The notes below the pieces were generated by a model. The model had not been told where the DNA came from. It saw only the letters and a list, made by a program, of their open reading frames with translations, and did not search any database. From NCBI GenBank assembly GCA_016214995.1, contig JACRML010000058.1, positions 4,194 through 68,193 of the forward strand: a stretch of 64,000 nt of DNA, in the 5' to 3' direction. The translations under genes and the position numbers were made by a program. This DNA comes from Deltaproteobacteria bacterium. GTDB lineage: Bacteria; Desulfobacterota; GWC2-55-46; UBA9637. Position 1 is the first letter of the stretch, and each line of letters opens with the position of its first letter. Shown here piece by piece: positions 34,681 to 44,563 of this stretch.

Positions 34681-34751
34681 CAGGTTATGGGCAATAGGCT
34701 ATAGGCCTTCCGATGTCTTTCCTATTACCTATTGCCCTTGCCTATTGCCTG
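34681..34751. repeat. Palindrome of GGCAATAGG-type units between surA-like and pdxA
   Basis: CAGGTTATGGGCAATAGGCTATAGGCC pairs with CCTATTACCTATTGCCCTTGCCTATTGCCTG. Confidence 0.7.
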
Positions 34752-34755
34752 TTTT

Positions 34756-35727
34756 TTACAGTCTCACCTCTATATATGCCTTTTTCATTACTTCTTCCAG
34801 CCAAAGTTTGTATCTTTCATCTATAACCTTCTGAAAGATGGTATTCCTAATCTCATCCTCAACCTCTGAAAGAGGCCTTGCCGCCGCCCCCTGCTTATCT
34901 ATCAGCTGTATTATGTGAAATCCTGTAGAGGTTTTGATTACATTGCTTATCTCGCCAGTCTTTAATCCAGTTGCAGCCCGCTCTATTGCTGCATCCATCT
35001 CACCTGCTTTAATATAGCCAAGGTCGCCGCCTTCTTTTGCATTAGGCCCTTGCGAATACTCCTTCGCAAGCCTTACAAAATCTTCTCCACCCCGGGCTGC
35101 GGCAAGGATATTATCTGCCTTCTTCTCTATATCTTTTCTTTTATCCTGTTCACTGGAGAGCAGTGATATTATTCGCAGCCTATGCGTTACGGGGCCAGAG
35201 AATTTACCCTGATTCTGCCTGTAATAGGCTTCTATATCTTCATTAGATATTTTTGCATTTGAGCGAAATTCTTTGTTTATAAACTTTACCTGCCTGATTT
35301 GGTCCTTAAGCTGCTCCCGGTATTCCTTGAAGGTAAGGCCGTTTCTTGCCAGAGCGCTTAAAAGTTCTTGCTGGCTTACATTGTTTTGCCTTTTTACATC
35401 TTCAATAGCATTGTCTATCTCTTTTTCGCTGATGGTGATTCCTGCTTTATTTGACGCCTGCTCAACTAATTTTTTCTCAATAAGCTGATCCAACACCTTG
35501 CTCTTTGTCTCTATAATCTTTTTCCGCTTATCTTTATCATTGCCCTTTATATCTTCCAAGCCAGCAGTGGCAACATTCAATTCAGACAGGGTAATAGCGC
35601 TGTCGTTTACAACAGCCACAACCCTGTCTACAATCTCAGCGTGAGCAGGGAAAGACAGTAAGCAGTAAGCAGTAAGCAGCAGCAATTTAAATCGTAAATC
35701 GTAAATCGTAAATCGTAAATCAATCAC
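34756..35727 (-). CDS. surA: SurA-like periplasmic chaperone / parvulin PPIase
   Basis: It has a SurA N-domain and a parvulin motif (GGDLGYIKAGEM...STGFHIIQL). Its signal peptide is encoded by heptamer arrays. Confidence 0.75.
   Translation of the reverse strand: MIDLRFTIYDLRFKLLLLTAYCLLSFPAHAEIVDRVVAVVNDSAITLSELNVATAGLEDIKGNDKDKRKKIIETKSKVLDQLIEKKLVEQASNKAGITISEKEIDNAIEDVKRQNNVSQQELLSALARNGLTFKEYREQLKDQIRQVKFINKEFRSNAKISNEDIEAYYRQNQGKFSGPVTHRLRIISLLSSEQDKRKDIEKKADNILAAARGGEDFVRLAKEYSQGPNAKEGGDLGYIKAGEMDAAIERAATGLKTGEISNVIKTSTGFHIIQLIDKQGAAARPLSEVEDEIRNTIFQKVIDERYKLWLEEVMKKAYIEVRL
35656..35721. repeat. Two adjacent heptamer arrays, (CAGTAAG)3 and (AAATCGT)4-5
   Basis: It reads CAGTAAGCAGTAAGCAGTAAGCAGCAGC...AAATCGTAAATCGTAAATCGTAAATCGTAAATC. 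It covers the first ~24 codons of the surA-like gene. Confidence 0.9.
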
Positions 35728-36767
35728 AACAACTCCTCCTTAACCTCTATCCTTGCCCTTTGTTTTAATTCTTGCATCCATACCTGAAATTCTGCATCGC
35801 TTTTTTCTTTTTTCAGCTTATTTATTATCTGGTTTTTTACCTCTGAAAATTTCAGATCCTTTGCACCTCTTTTCTCTTCAACCCTGAAAATATGATAACC
35901 ATACGCAGTTTTTACAACCTGACTCAGCTTGTTTACAGGGAGAGAAAATACTACATCCTCAAACTCCTTTGGCATAATGCCTTTGCTAAAAAAACCCAGG
36001 TCTCCGCCCTTTTTGCCCTCGGGGCCTAAAGAAACCTCTTCAGCTAGTTTTGCGAAATTTTCTCCTTTTTTTAATCTTTCCCTTATTTGATTGGCCTCAT
36101 CTTCCGTCTTCACTACAATCATCAGCGCCCTTATCTGCTCCTCAACTTTATAATCCGCTATATGCTCTTTATAATATTTTCTGGCATCATTTTCTTTCAC
36201 GGTAAGCTTAGAGGTAATAGCCTTATCTATAACCTTCTTAATCAATAATTTCTTTTTAAGCTCTTCCTTCCATTTTTCCATGCTTCCGTACCTGCTCAGA
36301 ATAGTTGGTTCAAACGCATCTCCGGCGTATTCTCTTTTAATTTCTTCCAGTTCTCGTGAAAGTTCGTCAGCATCAACATTCAATGCCACCTTCTTTGCCT
36401 CTTCTAAAAGCAACTCTTCTTCAAGAAATTGATTAACAAGGGCCATCTTAAGATTTCGCAGCTCTTCATCTTTTATCTCTGCGGCTGCTTCGTCTTCTAT
36501 AAATAACTTTTTAAAGGTATCCTGAAATTCTCCGCGTGTAATTTCCCTGTCATTTATTTTTATGATAATCTCACTGACAGACGGAAGGCTTTTTTCTTCT
36601 TCCTTCTTTTTACAACCTGCAGTGAGCAGGAAAAAAAGAGACAAGAGGCAGAAGGCAAGAGGCAAGAGGCGAAATCTTATTTTGCTTCTGACTTCTTGTT
36701 TCCGGCTTCTTGCTTCCGATTTTTGTTTCTCCGTCATCTGTTTTCTCTCATTTATTTTGTATTTCAA
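35724..36767 (-). CDS. Parvulin-type PPIase lipoprotein (PrsA/PpiD-like)
   Basis: It has a lipoprotein-type signal ending LLTAGC. It has the parvulin motif GGDLGFFSKGIMPKEFE...AYGYHIFRV. Confidence 0.75.
   Translation of the reverse strand: MKYKINERKQMTEKQKSEARSRKQEVRSKIRFRLLPLAFCLLSLFFLLTAGCKKKEEEKSLPSVSEIIIKINDREITRGEFQDTFKKLFIEDEAAAEIKDEELRNLKMALVNQFLEEELLLEEAKKVALNVDADELSRELEEIKREYAGDAFEPTILSRYGSMEKWKEELKKKLLIKKVIDKAITSKLTVKENDARKYYKEHIADYKVEEQIRALMIVVKTEDEANQIRERLKKGENFAKLAEEVSLGPEGKKGGDLGFFSKGIMPKEFEDVVFSLPVNKLSQVVKTAYGYHIFRVEEKRGAKDLKFSEVKNQIINKLKKEKSDAEFQVWMQELKQRARIEVKEELL
36637..36717. repeat. Purine-arm / pyrimidine-arm heptamer palindrome (GCAAGAG / CTTCTTG units)
   Basis: AGAGACAAGAGGCAGAAGGCAAGAGGCAAGAGGC faces TTGCTTCTGACTTCTTGTTTCCGGCTTCTTGCTTCC. 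It belongs to the same family as 58541-58629. Confidence 0.85.
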
Positions 36768-36791
36768 ATTTTTATTAAACAGTTCATAGTG

Positions 36792-37040
36792 CCCAAAAAT
36801 AGACTTTGCTTTTTGGGTAAACCTGCAAGTTGACTGCCAGACAACACACCCCTAAATCCCCTCTCGAGAGGGGACTAAAGGGGTGTGTTATTTGCGACGA
36901 GCCGTATATCACCAATACGGTGAGGAGCAAAAATGTGCCGATAACAAAGTATGGCAGCCAAATCGGCTGGCTCCACTCACTGCGAAGCAATTGCAAGTGG
37001 AAGATGTAAAATAGCGAGGTTTAAAATCGCTATTTTACGG
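36792..37040 (+). repeat. Mosaic multi-hairpin repeat, copy C
   Basis: It is near-identical to copy B across the AACACACCCCT...AGGGGTGTGTT module and the 3' modules. The track ORF 36951-37139 is translated repeat. Confidence 0.9.
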
Positions 37041-37055
37041 ATAGGCAAAATACTA

Positions 37056-40000
37056 TCACCCTTCTGCCAATTGTTTCAATATATATCTTGTTTCATCCCA
37101 GATTTCTCTGTCCTTTTCCAAAAGGATGATAAATTTTGAATCCGGTGTAAGTCTGAACCTTTTGGGGTTCTTTTTTGCAAGCGCCAGCAGCCTTTGCGGC
37201 TCCACAATGGTATCATTTGAAAATGTTATATAAATATAATTCCCTTTTTGAGATAGCTCGGCTATCCTTAGTTTTTTAAGCAAAAATTTTATTCCCATTA
37301 TTTTAAACAGATTGCCTGCCAGTTCGGGGATATCACCAAATCTATCCTTTATCTCTTCTCTCAGTTTACTTACATCTTCCTCAGAAATGACAGAGGCAAT
37401 CCTTTTGTAGATATTGAGCCTTTGCCTTTCATCAGGGATATATCCTTCCGGTATATATGCAGATACTTTGAGACTTATCTCCGGCTCAATCTCCTTTTCC
37501 ATGTTTTCGCCCTTTAACTCTTTTATGGCATCCTCTAAAAGCTGCGTATACAGCTCAAAACCAACCTCTGCAATCTGGCCTGATTGTTTTGCTCCGAGGA
37601 GTTCCCCTGCGCCTCTTATCTCTAAATCATAAGCAGCAAGCCTGAAACCAGCGCCAAGGTCTGAGAGCTCCTGAAGCACCTTCAGCCTTTTCTTTGCATC
37701 TTCTGTTAATATTAATTCGGGCGGTGTCAAAAGATAGGCATATGCCCGGTGACTGCTCCTGCCAACCCTTCCGCGCAGTTGATATATTTCCGCAAGACCA
37801 AATCTATCTGCCCTGTTTATCAATATTGTATTTGCCGATGGGATATCAAGGCCTGATTCTATGATGGATGTAGAAAGCAATATGTCATATTCTTTATTTA
37901 TAAAATCAGCCATTATCTTTTCCAATTCCTTTTCATGCATCTGGCCATGAGCAACTCCAGCCCGTGCCTCCGGGACAATTCTCTTGAGATAATCGGCCAT
38001 TGCCGCTATACTCTGCACCCTGTTGTGAACAAAGAATATCTGGCCGCCTCTGGCAATCTCTCTTCTTATTGCATCCTTTATCAAGTCGTCATCAAACTTT
38101 GCCACAACAGTCTTTATTGCAAGCCTGTCTTCAGGAGGTGTATTTATTATACTCAAATCTCTTATGCCTGCCAGAGACATATGAAGGGTTCTTGGAATAG
38201 GTGTTGCCGTTAATGTAAGGACATCTACCTGCTTTTTCATTTGTTTCAACCTCTCCTTGTGGCTCACCCCGAATCTGTGTTCTTCATCTACAATAATGAG
38301 GCCGAGGTCTTTAAATACAACATCCTTTTGCAAAAGCCTGTGCGTGCCTATGATTATGTCCACCTCTCCGCTGGCAAGTTTTTTCAAGGTTTCTCGCTGC
38401 TCTTTAGGGTTTCTAAAACGGCTTAAAACATCTATCGTTGCAGGATATGAAGCAAACCGGTTTTTAAATGTGAGATGGTGCTGCTGGGCAAGCACCGTGG
38501 TCGGCACAAGCATGGCCACCTGTTTGTTGTCCAACACAGCCTTGAATGCGCCCCGCATGGCAACCTCTGTCTTTCCATAACCAACATCGCCGCAGACAAG
38601 CCTGTCCATGGGTTTTGGCTCTTCCATGTCTTTCAGCACATCTTCAATGGCATTGACCTGGTCTGGGGTCTCATCATATTCAAAGGATGCCTCAAACTCT
38701 GAAAACAGCCTTTCACCCTTGGAAAAAGAAAAACCCTCACCCACTTTTCTATGTGCATAAAGTTCCAGAAGTCCCTTTGCCATCTCCTCAACAGCCTGTT
38801 TAACCTTACTTTTTGTTTTCTCCCATTTTGTAGAACCGAGCTTGTCTATCTCCGGCCTTTTACCTTCTACACCGTGATATTTGCCTACAAGATTTACTCT
38901 TTGGACAGGCAGATATAATTTGTCTCCACCCTGATACTCCAAAATAAGAAAATCATTTTCTATAACCTGCCCCGAACCCTGTCCTAATCTCATTTCATGG
39001 ATTGATTCAAAATCCTCTATCTTAAGCCGCTTAAGCCCTTTATAGAGTCCAATGCCATGGATAGAATGCACAATAAAATCTCCGGCATTCAAGTCTTCAA
39101 GTTGGGTGAGAAATGCTTCTATCTTACTGGAGGGCGGCACACGTCTCTTGACCCTTTGCCCAAAAATCTCCTCCTCTGTAATGATAGCAAGCTTAATAGC
39201 AGGAAAGCGGAAGCCAGAACTTAGGTCGCCTCTGACGATAGCGATGCGAGATGTGGAATATGTGATTATCCCACACCCTACATCCCACATCTCACATCCG
39301 AGATCATATCCTTCCAACAACTCTTTTAATCTTTCTGCCTGGCCATGTGTATGACAAACAAGGAATATGTTCCACCCAAGGTCATGCCATCCCTTTATCT
39401 TATCTGCAAGGGGCTTGAGGAGTTCATCTTTTCTTATTGCAATGTCCTGCCTTGTATCAAGATTGGACTCGGTGGGAAGCTCAAAACCTTCAGCATGCGG
39501 TTGGTGCGCCCCGACAACAACTATGCCCATTTTATCAAACGCAGATTTAAATTCACTTATGGACACATAAAGTTCTTCTGGTTTAACAAAGAATTGCCGT
39601 TTTTGCTCAAGGTTTGTTTTCCCATCCGATATCTCACTTTCAAATCTTTTAACTGCTTCCTCTATCTCGTTTTGATTATCAAAAAAGAGAAGACAATCGT
39701 CCGGAAGATAATCAAATAACGTATCCAGTTTGTTGTAAAAAAGAGGTGATAAAAAATCAATGCCAGAAAAGATAATGCCATCCCGTACCCTGTCTGAAAT
39801 GGATTCTCTTATATCTTTGGGAAGTTCCAATTCCTCAGCCCTTTGCCTGAGTTTTTCTTTGGCCAGTTCCATGCCTTCTTGCGAGAAAATAATCTCCCTT
39901 GCAGGCAGAATTATAGTTTCATTCATTATCTCCTTAGACCGTTGAGTTGCAATATCAAAGGTTCTCATGGCCTCAACTTCGTCTCCAAAGAATTCAATCC

Positions 40001-40637
40001 TTATCGGAGCAGAATATGACGGTGGGAATATGTCCAGTATCCCACCGACAATCCTCATTTCACCTCTTTCCTCAACCATTGCCGCTCTTGAGTAGCCCAT
40101 TTGCGAAAGCCTTTTCAAAACCTCATCTCTGTTCATCTCTTTACCAACTTCACACCGTATAACCCCATTTACTCCCTCTTTTGCAAAGGGAGACGAAGGG
40201 GGGGTTAATACGCTTTTAGGCATTACCTTCTGTAAAATGGCTGAAGATGTTGTAACGATTATGTGGTGAGATGTTTGGGTGAGTTTGTAGAGAATATTGA
40301 TCCTGGCAGCGATTATGTCAGGATGCGGGGACTGCGCCTCAAAAGGCAGAATCTCCCATGATGGATAGAAAAACGCAGTATTGCTACCAAGGAAAAAATT
40401 TATATCCTTAGTGAAATTTTCTGCCTCTTCCTGGGTTGGAGATATTATTAAAACCGATTTGAGATTTCGGTGCGCCTGCGAAAGCGGGTCATGAGATTTA
40501 TAAAGGGAGGCAATAAGAAAAGCTTTTGACGAGCCCAAAAGACCAGAAAGGGCAAACCGCTCCCCTGGCTTTAGACAAGAGATGCTCTCTAATGCCTTGT
40601 AAAAGGTATTGGTTTTGGTAGGATAGACTGCTGTCAT
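37056..40637 (-). CDS. mfd: Transcription-repair coupling factor
   Basis: 1193 aa. It has a UvrB-homology N-terminal region. Superfamily-2 helicase motifs are present (GDVGYGKTEVAMRGA, DEEHRFG, TATPIPRT), as is a TRG motif region. Confidence 0.92.
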   Translation of the reverse strand: MTAVYPTKTNTFYKALESISCLKPGERFALSGLLGSSKAFLIASLYKSHDPLSQAHRNLKSVLIISPTQEEAENFTKDINFFLGSNTAFFYPSWEILPFEAQSPHPDIIAARINILYKLTQTSHHIIVTTSSAILQKVMPKSVLTPPSSPFAKEGVNGVIRCEVGKEMNRDEVLKRLSQMGYSRAAMVEERGEMRIVGGILDIFPPSYSAPIRIEFFGDEVEAMRTFDIATQRSKEIMNETIILPAREIIFSQEGMELAKEKLRQRAEELELPKDIRESISDRVRDGIIFSGIDFLSPLFYNKLDTLFDYLPDDCLLFFDNQNEIEEAVKRFESEISDGKTNLEQKRQFFVKPEELYVSISEFKSAFDKMGIVVVGAHQPHAEGFELPTESNLDTRQDIAIRKDELLKPLADKIKGWHDLGWNIFLVCHTHGQAERLKELLEGYDLGCEMWDVGCGIITYSTSRIAIVRGDLSSGFRFPAIKLAIITEEEIFGQRVKRRVPPSSKIEAFLTQLEDLNAGDFIVHSIHGIGLYKGLKRLKIEDFESIHEMRLGQGSGQVIENDFLILEYQGGDKLYLPVQRVNLVGKYHGVEGKRPEIDKLGSTKWEKTKSKVKQAVEEMAKGLLELYAHRKVGEGFSFSKGERLFSEFEASFEYDETPDQVNAIEDVLKDMEEPKPMDRLVCGDVGYGKTEVAMRGAFKAVLDNKQVAMLVPTTVLAQQHHLTFKNRFASYPATIDVLSRFRNPKEQRETLKKLASGEVDIIIGTHRLLQKDVVFKDLGLIIVDEEHRFGVSHKERLKQMKKQVDVLTLTATPIPRTLHMSLAGIRDLSIINTPPEDRLAIKTVVAKFDDDLIKDAIRREIARGGQIFFVHNRVQSIAAMADYLKRIVPEARAGVAHGQMHEKELEKIMADFINKEYDILLSTSIIESGLDIPSANTILINRADRFGLAEIYQLRGRVGRSSHRAYAYLLTPPELILTEDAKKRLKVLQELSDLGAGFRLAAYDLEIRGAGELLGAKQSGQIAEVGFELYTQLLEDAIKELKGENMEKEIEPEISLKVSAYIPEGYIPDERQRLNIYKRIASVISEEDVSKLREEIKDRFGDIPELAGNLFKIMGIKFLLKKLRIAELSQKGNYIYITFSNDTIVEPQRLLALAKKNPKRFRLTPDSKFIILLEKDREIWDETRYILKQLAEG
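39243..39305. repeat. Intragenic palindromic short-period array inside mfd
   Basis: GAGATGTGGAATATGTGATTATCCCACACCCTACATCCCACATCTC is self-complementary. It encodes the peptide LGCEMWDVGCGIITYSTSRI. Confidence 0.7.
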
Positions 40638-40785
40638 TAAACAAATTTTATAGTATCATAAATCTCTCCGCTCTCACAAATAAAAGGTGGTAAAGTAAAG
40701 AGGTAAAGCTCAAAAATTTTATTGACTTCTAATAGCATATTATGTAACTTATGAACCCTGATTTTAGCAAAGGAGGAATACTACA

Positions 40786-42720
40786 ATGGGTAAAAATATT
40801 ACACAGAAGATATTAGAGGCTCATCTCGTGTCCGGTACAATGGCCCAGGGTAACGAGATAGCCATAAAGATTGACCAGACCCTTACTCAGGACGCTACCG
40901 GCACCATGGCCTATCTGCAGTTTGAGGCAATGGGTGTGCCGAGGGTCAAGACAAAGCTTTCAGTAAGCTATGTTGACCACAATACACTCCAGTACGGCGG
41001 TTTTGAAAATGCAGATGACCACAGATTTTTGCAGACTATTGCTGCAAAACACGGCATCTATTTTTCAAGGCCGGGCAATGGTATATGCCATCAGGTTCAT
41101 CTTGAAAGATTCGGTGTGCCCGGACAGACCATGCTTGGCTCGGACAGCCATACGCCCACGTGCGGCGGTCTCGGCATGATGGCAATTGGTGCAGGCGGAC
41201 TTGATGTAGCGGTTGCTATGGGCGGGGGGTCGTTTAATCTCTCTTATCCAAAGGTTGTGCTGGTAAATCTTAAAGGTAAACTCAAACCGTGGGTCTCTGC
41301 AAAGGATGTAATCCTTGAACTCCTCAGAAAGATGACCGTAAAGGGTGGTGTGGGCAAGGTGATTGAATACGGCGGCGAAGGCGTACAAAGCCTTTCTGTG
41401 CCGGAAAGGGCTACCATTACCAACATGGGAGCAGAGCTTGGCGCAACAACGTCCATATTTCCAAGTGATGAGATAACAAAGGAATTTTTAAAGGCACAGA
41501 CCAGGGAAAAAGACTGGCAAGAGCTTGTTGCCGATGCTGATGCAAAATATGATGAAACCATTGAAATAAATTTGAGCAAGCTGGAACCCATGATTGCAAA
41601 ACCGCACAGCCCTGACGCTGTGTGCAAGGTTTCAGATGTTGAAGGCATGAAGGTTGATCAGGTCTGCATCGGAAGCTGTACCAACTCTTCATTCAGGGAT
41701 TTGATGCTTGTTGCCGATATATTCAAGAAGGGGAATTTCAAGGTCAATCCCAATATAAGCATGACAATCTCTCCCGGCTCAAAGCAGGTTCTGGAGATGA
41801 TTACATTAAACAAAGGGCTTGCGAGCCTGATTGAGGCTGGTGCAAGAATCCTTGAGGCAACATGCGGGCCTTGCATAGGCAACGGCCAATCACCGCCGTC
41901 AAAGGGCGTTTCTCTCAGGACATTCAATAGAAATTTTGAAGGCAGGAGCGGAACAAAGGACGGACAGGTCTATCTTTGCAGCCCTGAGGTCGCGGCGGCT
42001 GCGGCTATCTATGGTGTAATCACCGACCCAAGAAAGCTTGGCAAATATCCAAAGGTTAAGATGCCAAAGGAATTTAGGGTGGACGACTCAATGGTAATTC
42101 CGCCGGCAAAAGACCCCTCAAAAGTAGAAATATTGAGAGGACCAAACATAAAGGCATTGCCGGTAGCAACTAAGATTCAGACAGTAGTAAGCGGCAGCAC
42201 TTTGATAAAGCTTGGCGATAACATTACCACAGACCATATCACGCCCGCAGGCACATGGCTGAAATACAGGAGCAATGTGCCAAAGTATTCCGAGTCAGTT
42301 TTTTCAGCCATTGATGTCCAGTTCCATGAAAAGGCAAAGGCCTCCAACGGAGGATTTGTTATTGCCGGAGAAAACTATGGCCAGGGTTCTTCAAGGGAAC
42401 ATGCGGCGCTTTGCCCCATGTATCTCGGTATAAAAGGGATTATTGCAAAGAGCTTTGCCAGAATACACAAGGATAACCTTGTAAACTTCGGCATCCTGCC
42501 GCTGACCTTTGCAAGCCCTGCTGATTATGATGCAATAGATCAAGGCGATAAGCTGGAAATAAACGACCTTGCAAACCAACTAAAGGCAGGGGATTCATTA
42601 ACCATAAAAAATATTACAAAGGGCAATGAGATAAAGGTAAAACACGGATTCAGCACAAGACAGGTTGATATAATCCTCGCCGGCGGACTGCTGAACTTTA
42701 CCAAGGGACAGGCAGCATAA
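40786..42720 (+). CDS. Aconitate hydratase (short, Aquifex-type putative aconitase family)
   Basis: 644 aa. It reads ITQKILEAHLV...IDQTLTQDATGTM, has Fe-S ligand regions (GSDSHT, CIGSCTNSS, CGPCIG), and a swivel domain (GENYGQGSSREHAA). Confidence 0.85.
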   Translation: MGKNITQKILEAHLVSGTMAQGNEIAIKIDQTLTQDATGTMAYLQFEAMGVPRVKTKLSVSYVDHNTLQYGGFENADDHRFLQTIAAKHGIYFSRPGNGICHQVHLERFGVPGQTMLGSDSHTPTCGGLGMMAIGAGGLDVAVAMGGGSFNLSYPKVVLVNLKGKLKPWVSAKDVILELLRKMTVKGGVGKVIEYGGEGVQSLSVPERATITNMGAELGATTSIFPSDEITKEFLKAQTREKDWQELVADADAKYDETIEINLSKLEPMIAKPHSPDAVCKVSDVEGMKVDQVCIGSCTNSSFRDLMLVADIFKKGNFKVNPNISMTISPGSKQVLEMITLNKGLASLIEAGARILEATCGPCIGNGQSPPSKGVSLRTFNRNFEGRSGTKDGQVYLCSPEVAAAAAIYGVITDPRKLGKYPKVKMPKEFRVDDSMVIPPAKDPSKVEILRGPNIKALPVATKIQTVVSGSTLIKLGDNITTDHITPAGTWLKYRSNVPKYSESVFSAIDVQFHEKAKASNGGFVIAGENYGQGSSREHAALCPMYLGIKGIIAKSFARIHKDNLVNFGILPLTFASPADYDAIDQGDKLEINDLANQLKAGDSLTIKNITKGNEIKVKHGFSTRQVDIILAGGLLNFTKGQAA

Positions 42721-42755
42721 AACCAGTGAACAATAAGTATAGAACAGTTAAAGGC

Positions 42756-42793
42756 AAAAAACCCTTACCGCTGAAATGCGGTGAGGGTTTTTC
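42756..42793 (+). terminator. Rho-independent terminator after the aconitase gene
   Basis: An 11-bp stem ACCCTTACCGC/GCGGTGAGGGT (one G-U pair) carries the loop TGAAAT. The 3'-most stem base opens a T5 run, and an A5 run precedes the stem, so it is potentially bidirectional. Confidence 0.7.
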
Positions 42794-42846
42794 ACTTTAA
42801 AATAAATTGAAGATTGGAAGATGAAAATTTTAAATGTACAGAAATT

Positions 42847-42900
42847 GTAGTTTGCCGATTCATCGGCGGTTTTAAAGCGCCCCATGAATGGGGCAACTAC
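42847..42900. repeat. REPIN-like doublet of GTAG-headed REPs (type 2)
   Basis: It reads GTAGTTTGCCGATTCATCGGCGG...GCGCCCCATGAATGGGGCAACTAC. Both strands start with GTAGTT(T)GCC, and each half is a small hairpin. Confidence 0.8.
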
Positions 42901-42903
42901 ATT

Positions 42904-43668
42904 TTAATGGCTGTCCCTTTTCAAAAACCTCCACACCCCATCCACTTTTTTATAGATAAGAAAATCGCCGGGGCTAAACCAACTGCTCGGGCTTTTGCTG
43001 CTCCTGACCAGCGCAGGCTCATCTTGAGATTCAAGGGGATATGAATAAAGCCCTAATTCCTGCACAAGAAGCATCAGGCTTTGCCCTTTTTCTTTCCAGC
43101 TAAAGGTCTTTTCATAAATATAGACAATAAAGGTGTAAGATTTCCAGTCATCGCCTATCCACTCATAAAGGGTCTTGCTATCCTTTCTGCTTAGCCTTAT
43201 GCAGCCGTGAGATTTCTTCTGGCCGAGAAATTTCTCATAACCTGCAAATTTTCCTGTGGCTTCAAGGCTATGAATTCCTTTTTCAACGCCCGGCTCAATC
43301 CCGATCCAATTCAACATCTTGATATTTTCATCTTTTGACCATTTCCTGAAGGGCATCAATTCTACAATCTTATGAAACCCCGGCAATGTTTCAGTCTTTT
43401 CCCATCCTTCTTCATCTATGCCAGGTTCTCCGGTAGATACAAGGCTTTCCATAAACATACGGCCTCTTTCATCGTATGCTCTCAGAGTCTGGGTGGATTT
43501 GTCTATTTCAATGTGCTTCTTCTCCGGAGTAAAAATCATGGCCTTGCCCTCTGTAACAAGATAGATATTTACTCCCAGTCTTTTTATTGGTTCAGTTCTG
43601 GAAAGCCTGACAGCGACAGCATCTTCGCTGCCAAATACCGATTGAGAAAGGCAAATTAAAAAAGGCAA
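42904..43668 (-). CDS. L,D-transpeptidase (YkuD) family protein
   Basis: The catalytic motif SHGCIRLSRKD is present. The TTG start is uncertain: the frame stays open upstream and encodes KKLVSLLPFLICLSQSVFG, a possible signal peptide. Confidence 0.7.
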   Translation of the reverse strand: MPFLICLSQSVFGSEDAVAVRLSRTEPIKRLGVNIYLVTEGKAMIFTPEKKHIEIDKSTQTLRAYDERGRMFMESLVSTGEPGIDEEGWEKTETLPGFHKIVELMPFRKWSKDENIKMLNWIGIEPGVEKGIHSLEATGKFAGYEKFLGQKKSHGCIRLSRKDSKTLYEWIGDDWKSYTFIVYIYEKTFSWKEKGQSLMLLVQELGLYSYPLESQDEPALVRSSKSPSSWFSPGDFLIYKKVDGVWRFLKRDSH

Positions 43669-43694
43669 GAGAGAAACCAGCTTCTTAAAATCAT

Positions 43695-44384
43695 CTATTG
43701 TTCCAATACAGATAGTCGTAGATATTTTTTTACCATCTTCGGGACCCTGTCCATATCACAAAACGGCAACTCTCCAAGGATAGGGATATTGGTAAGCCTT
43801 TTTAACTCTGTTTGATTTGTAGAAAGGGTTTCATCGGTTGCGAGGGCTGGGTAATTAATGATAATACCCTTAACCTCTATGCCGATGGACTGGGCATATT
43901 TAACCGTCAATAATGTATGATTTATTGTGCCGAGTTTTGATGCGGCAATGACTATAAGCGGGAGATTGAGGAATTTCACAAGGTCTGCCGAAGTCTCTGT
44001 ATCATTCAGAGGCGTCAGCAATCCGCCTGCACCTTCCACAAGCATTAATCTATGCAGAGATGCAAGCGTACCATAGCATTCCTTAATTTTATTTAAGTCT
44101 ATATTTTTGCCTTCAAGCCTTGACGCAACGCTTGGGGCAAGAGGCGCTTTGAAGCGATATGGATTTATCGAATCAAGTTCATCGCTGACTTCTGCTGCCT
44201 TCTTGAGAAATAAGGCATCCTGAGGCTCAAGCTCTCTGCCCTTTTCAGCGCATCCTGTTTCAACAGGCTTCATTACACCAACATTTACTCCCTTTTCCTT
44301 CAATACTGCTGCAATACCAGCGGTAACAAATGTCTTGCCTACGCCGGTGTCAGTGCCTGTAATGAAATAGCCTCTGGTTTGCAT
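43695..44384 (-). CDS. bioD: Dethiobiotin synthetase
   Basis: It has the P-loop YFITGTDTGVGKTFVTAG and EGAGG. The ATG at 44384 is preferred over 44420. Confidence 0.85.
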   Translation of the reverse strand: MQTRGYFITGTDTGVGKTFVTAGIAAVLKEKGVNVGVMKPVETGCAEKGRELEPQDALFLKKAAEVSDELDSINPYRFKAPLAPSVASRLEGKNIDLNKIKECYGTLASLHRLMLVEGAGGLLTPLNDTETSADLVKFLNLPLIVIAASKLGTINHTLLTVKYAQSIGIEVKGIIINYPALATDETLSTNQTELKRLTNIPILGELPFCDMDRVPKMVKKYLRLSVLEQ

Positions 44385-44475
44385 AAGCCAAATGGTAGCA
44401 GAATAAAAAAATACAGTCAATTGACGAAATATTGTTTTAGGGGTAAAATTTATATAAAATGAAGTAGCAGTTCAG

Positions 44476-44546
44476 GTAGCTTGCCGATTTATCAACCTCC
44501 CCCTGTCCCCCTCATAGAGGGGGAGCGCCCATAAATGGGCAACTAC
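44476..44546. repeat. REPIN-like doublet (type 2) with an inserted CCCCCTCATAGAGGGGG hairpin
   Basis: It reads GTAGCTTGCCGATTTATCAACC..CCCCCTCATAGAGGGGGAGCGCCCATAAATGGGCAACTAC. Confidence 0.8.
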
Positions 44547-44563
44547 ATAAGAGGAGGCAAATT

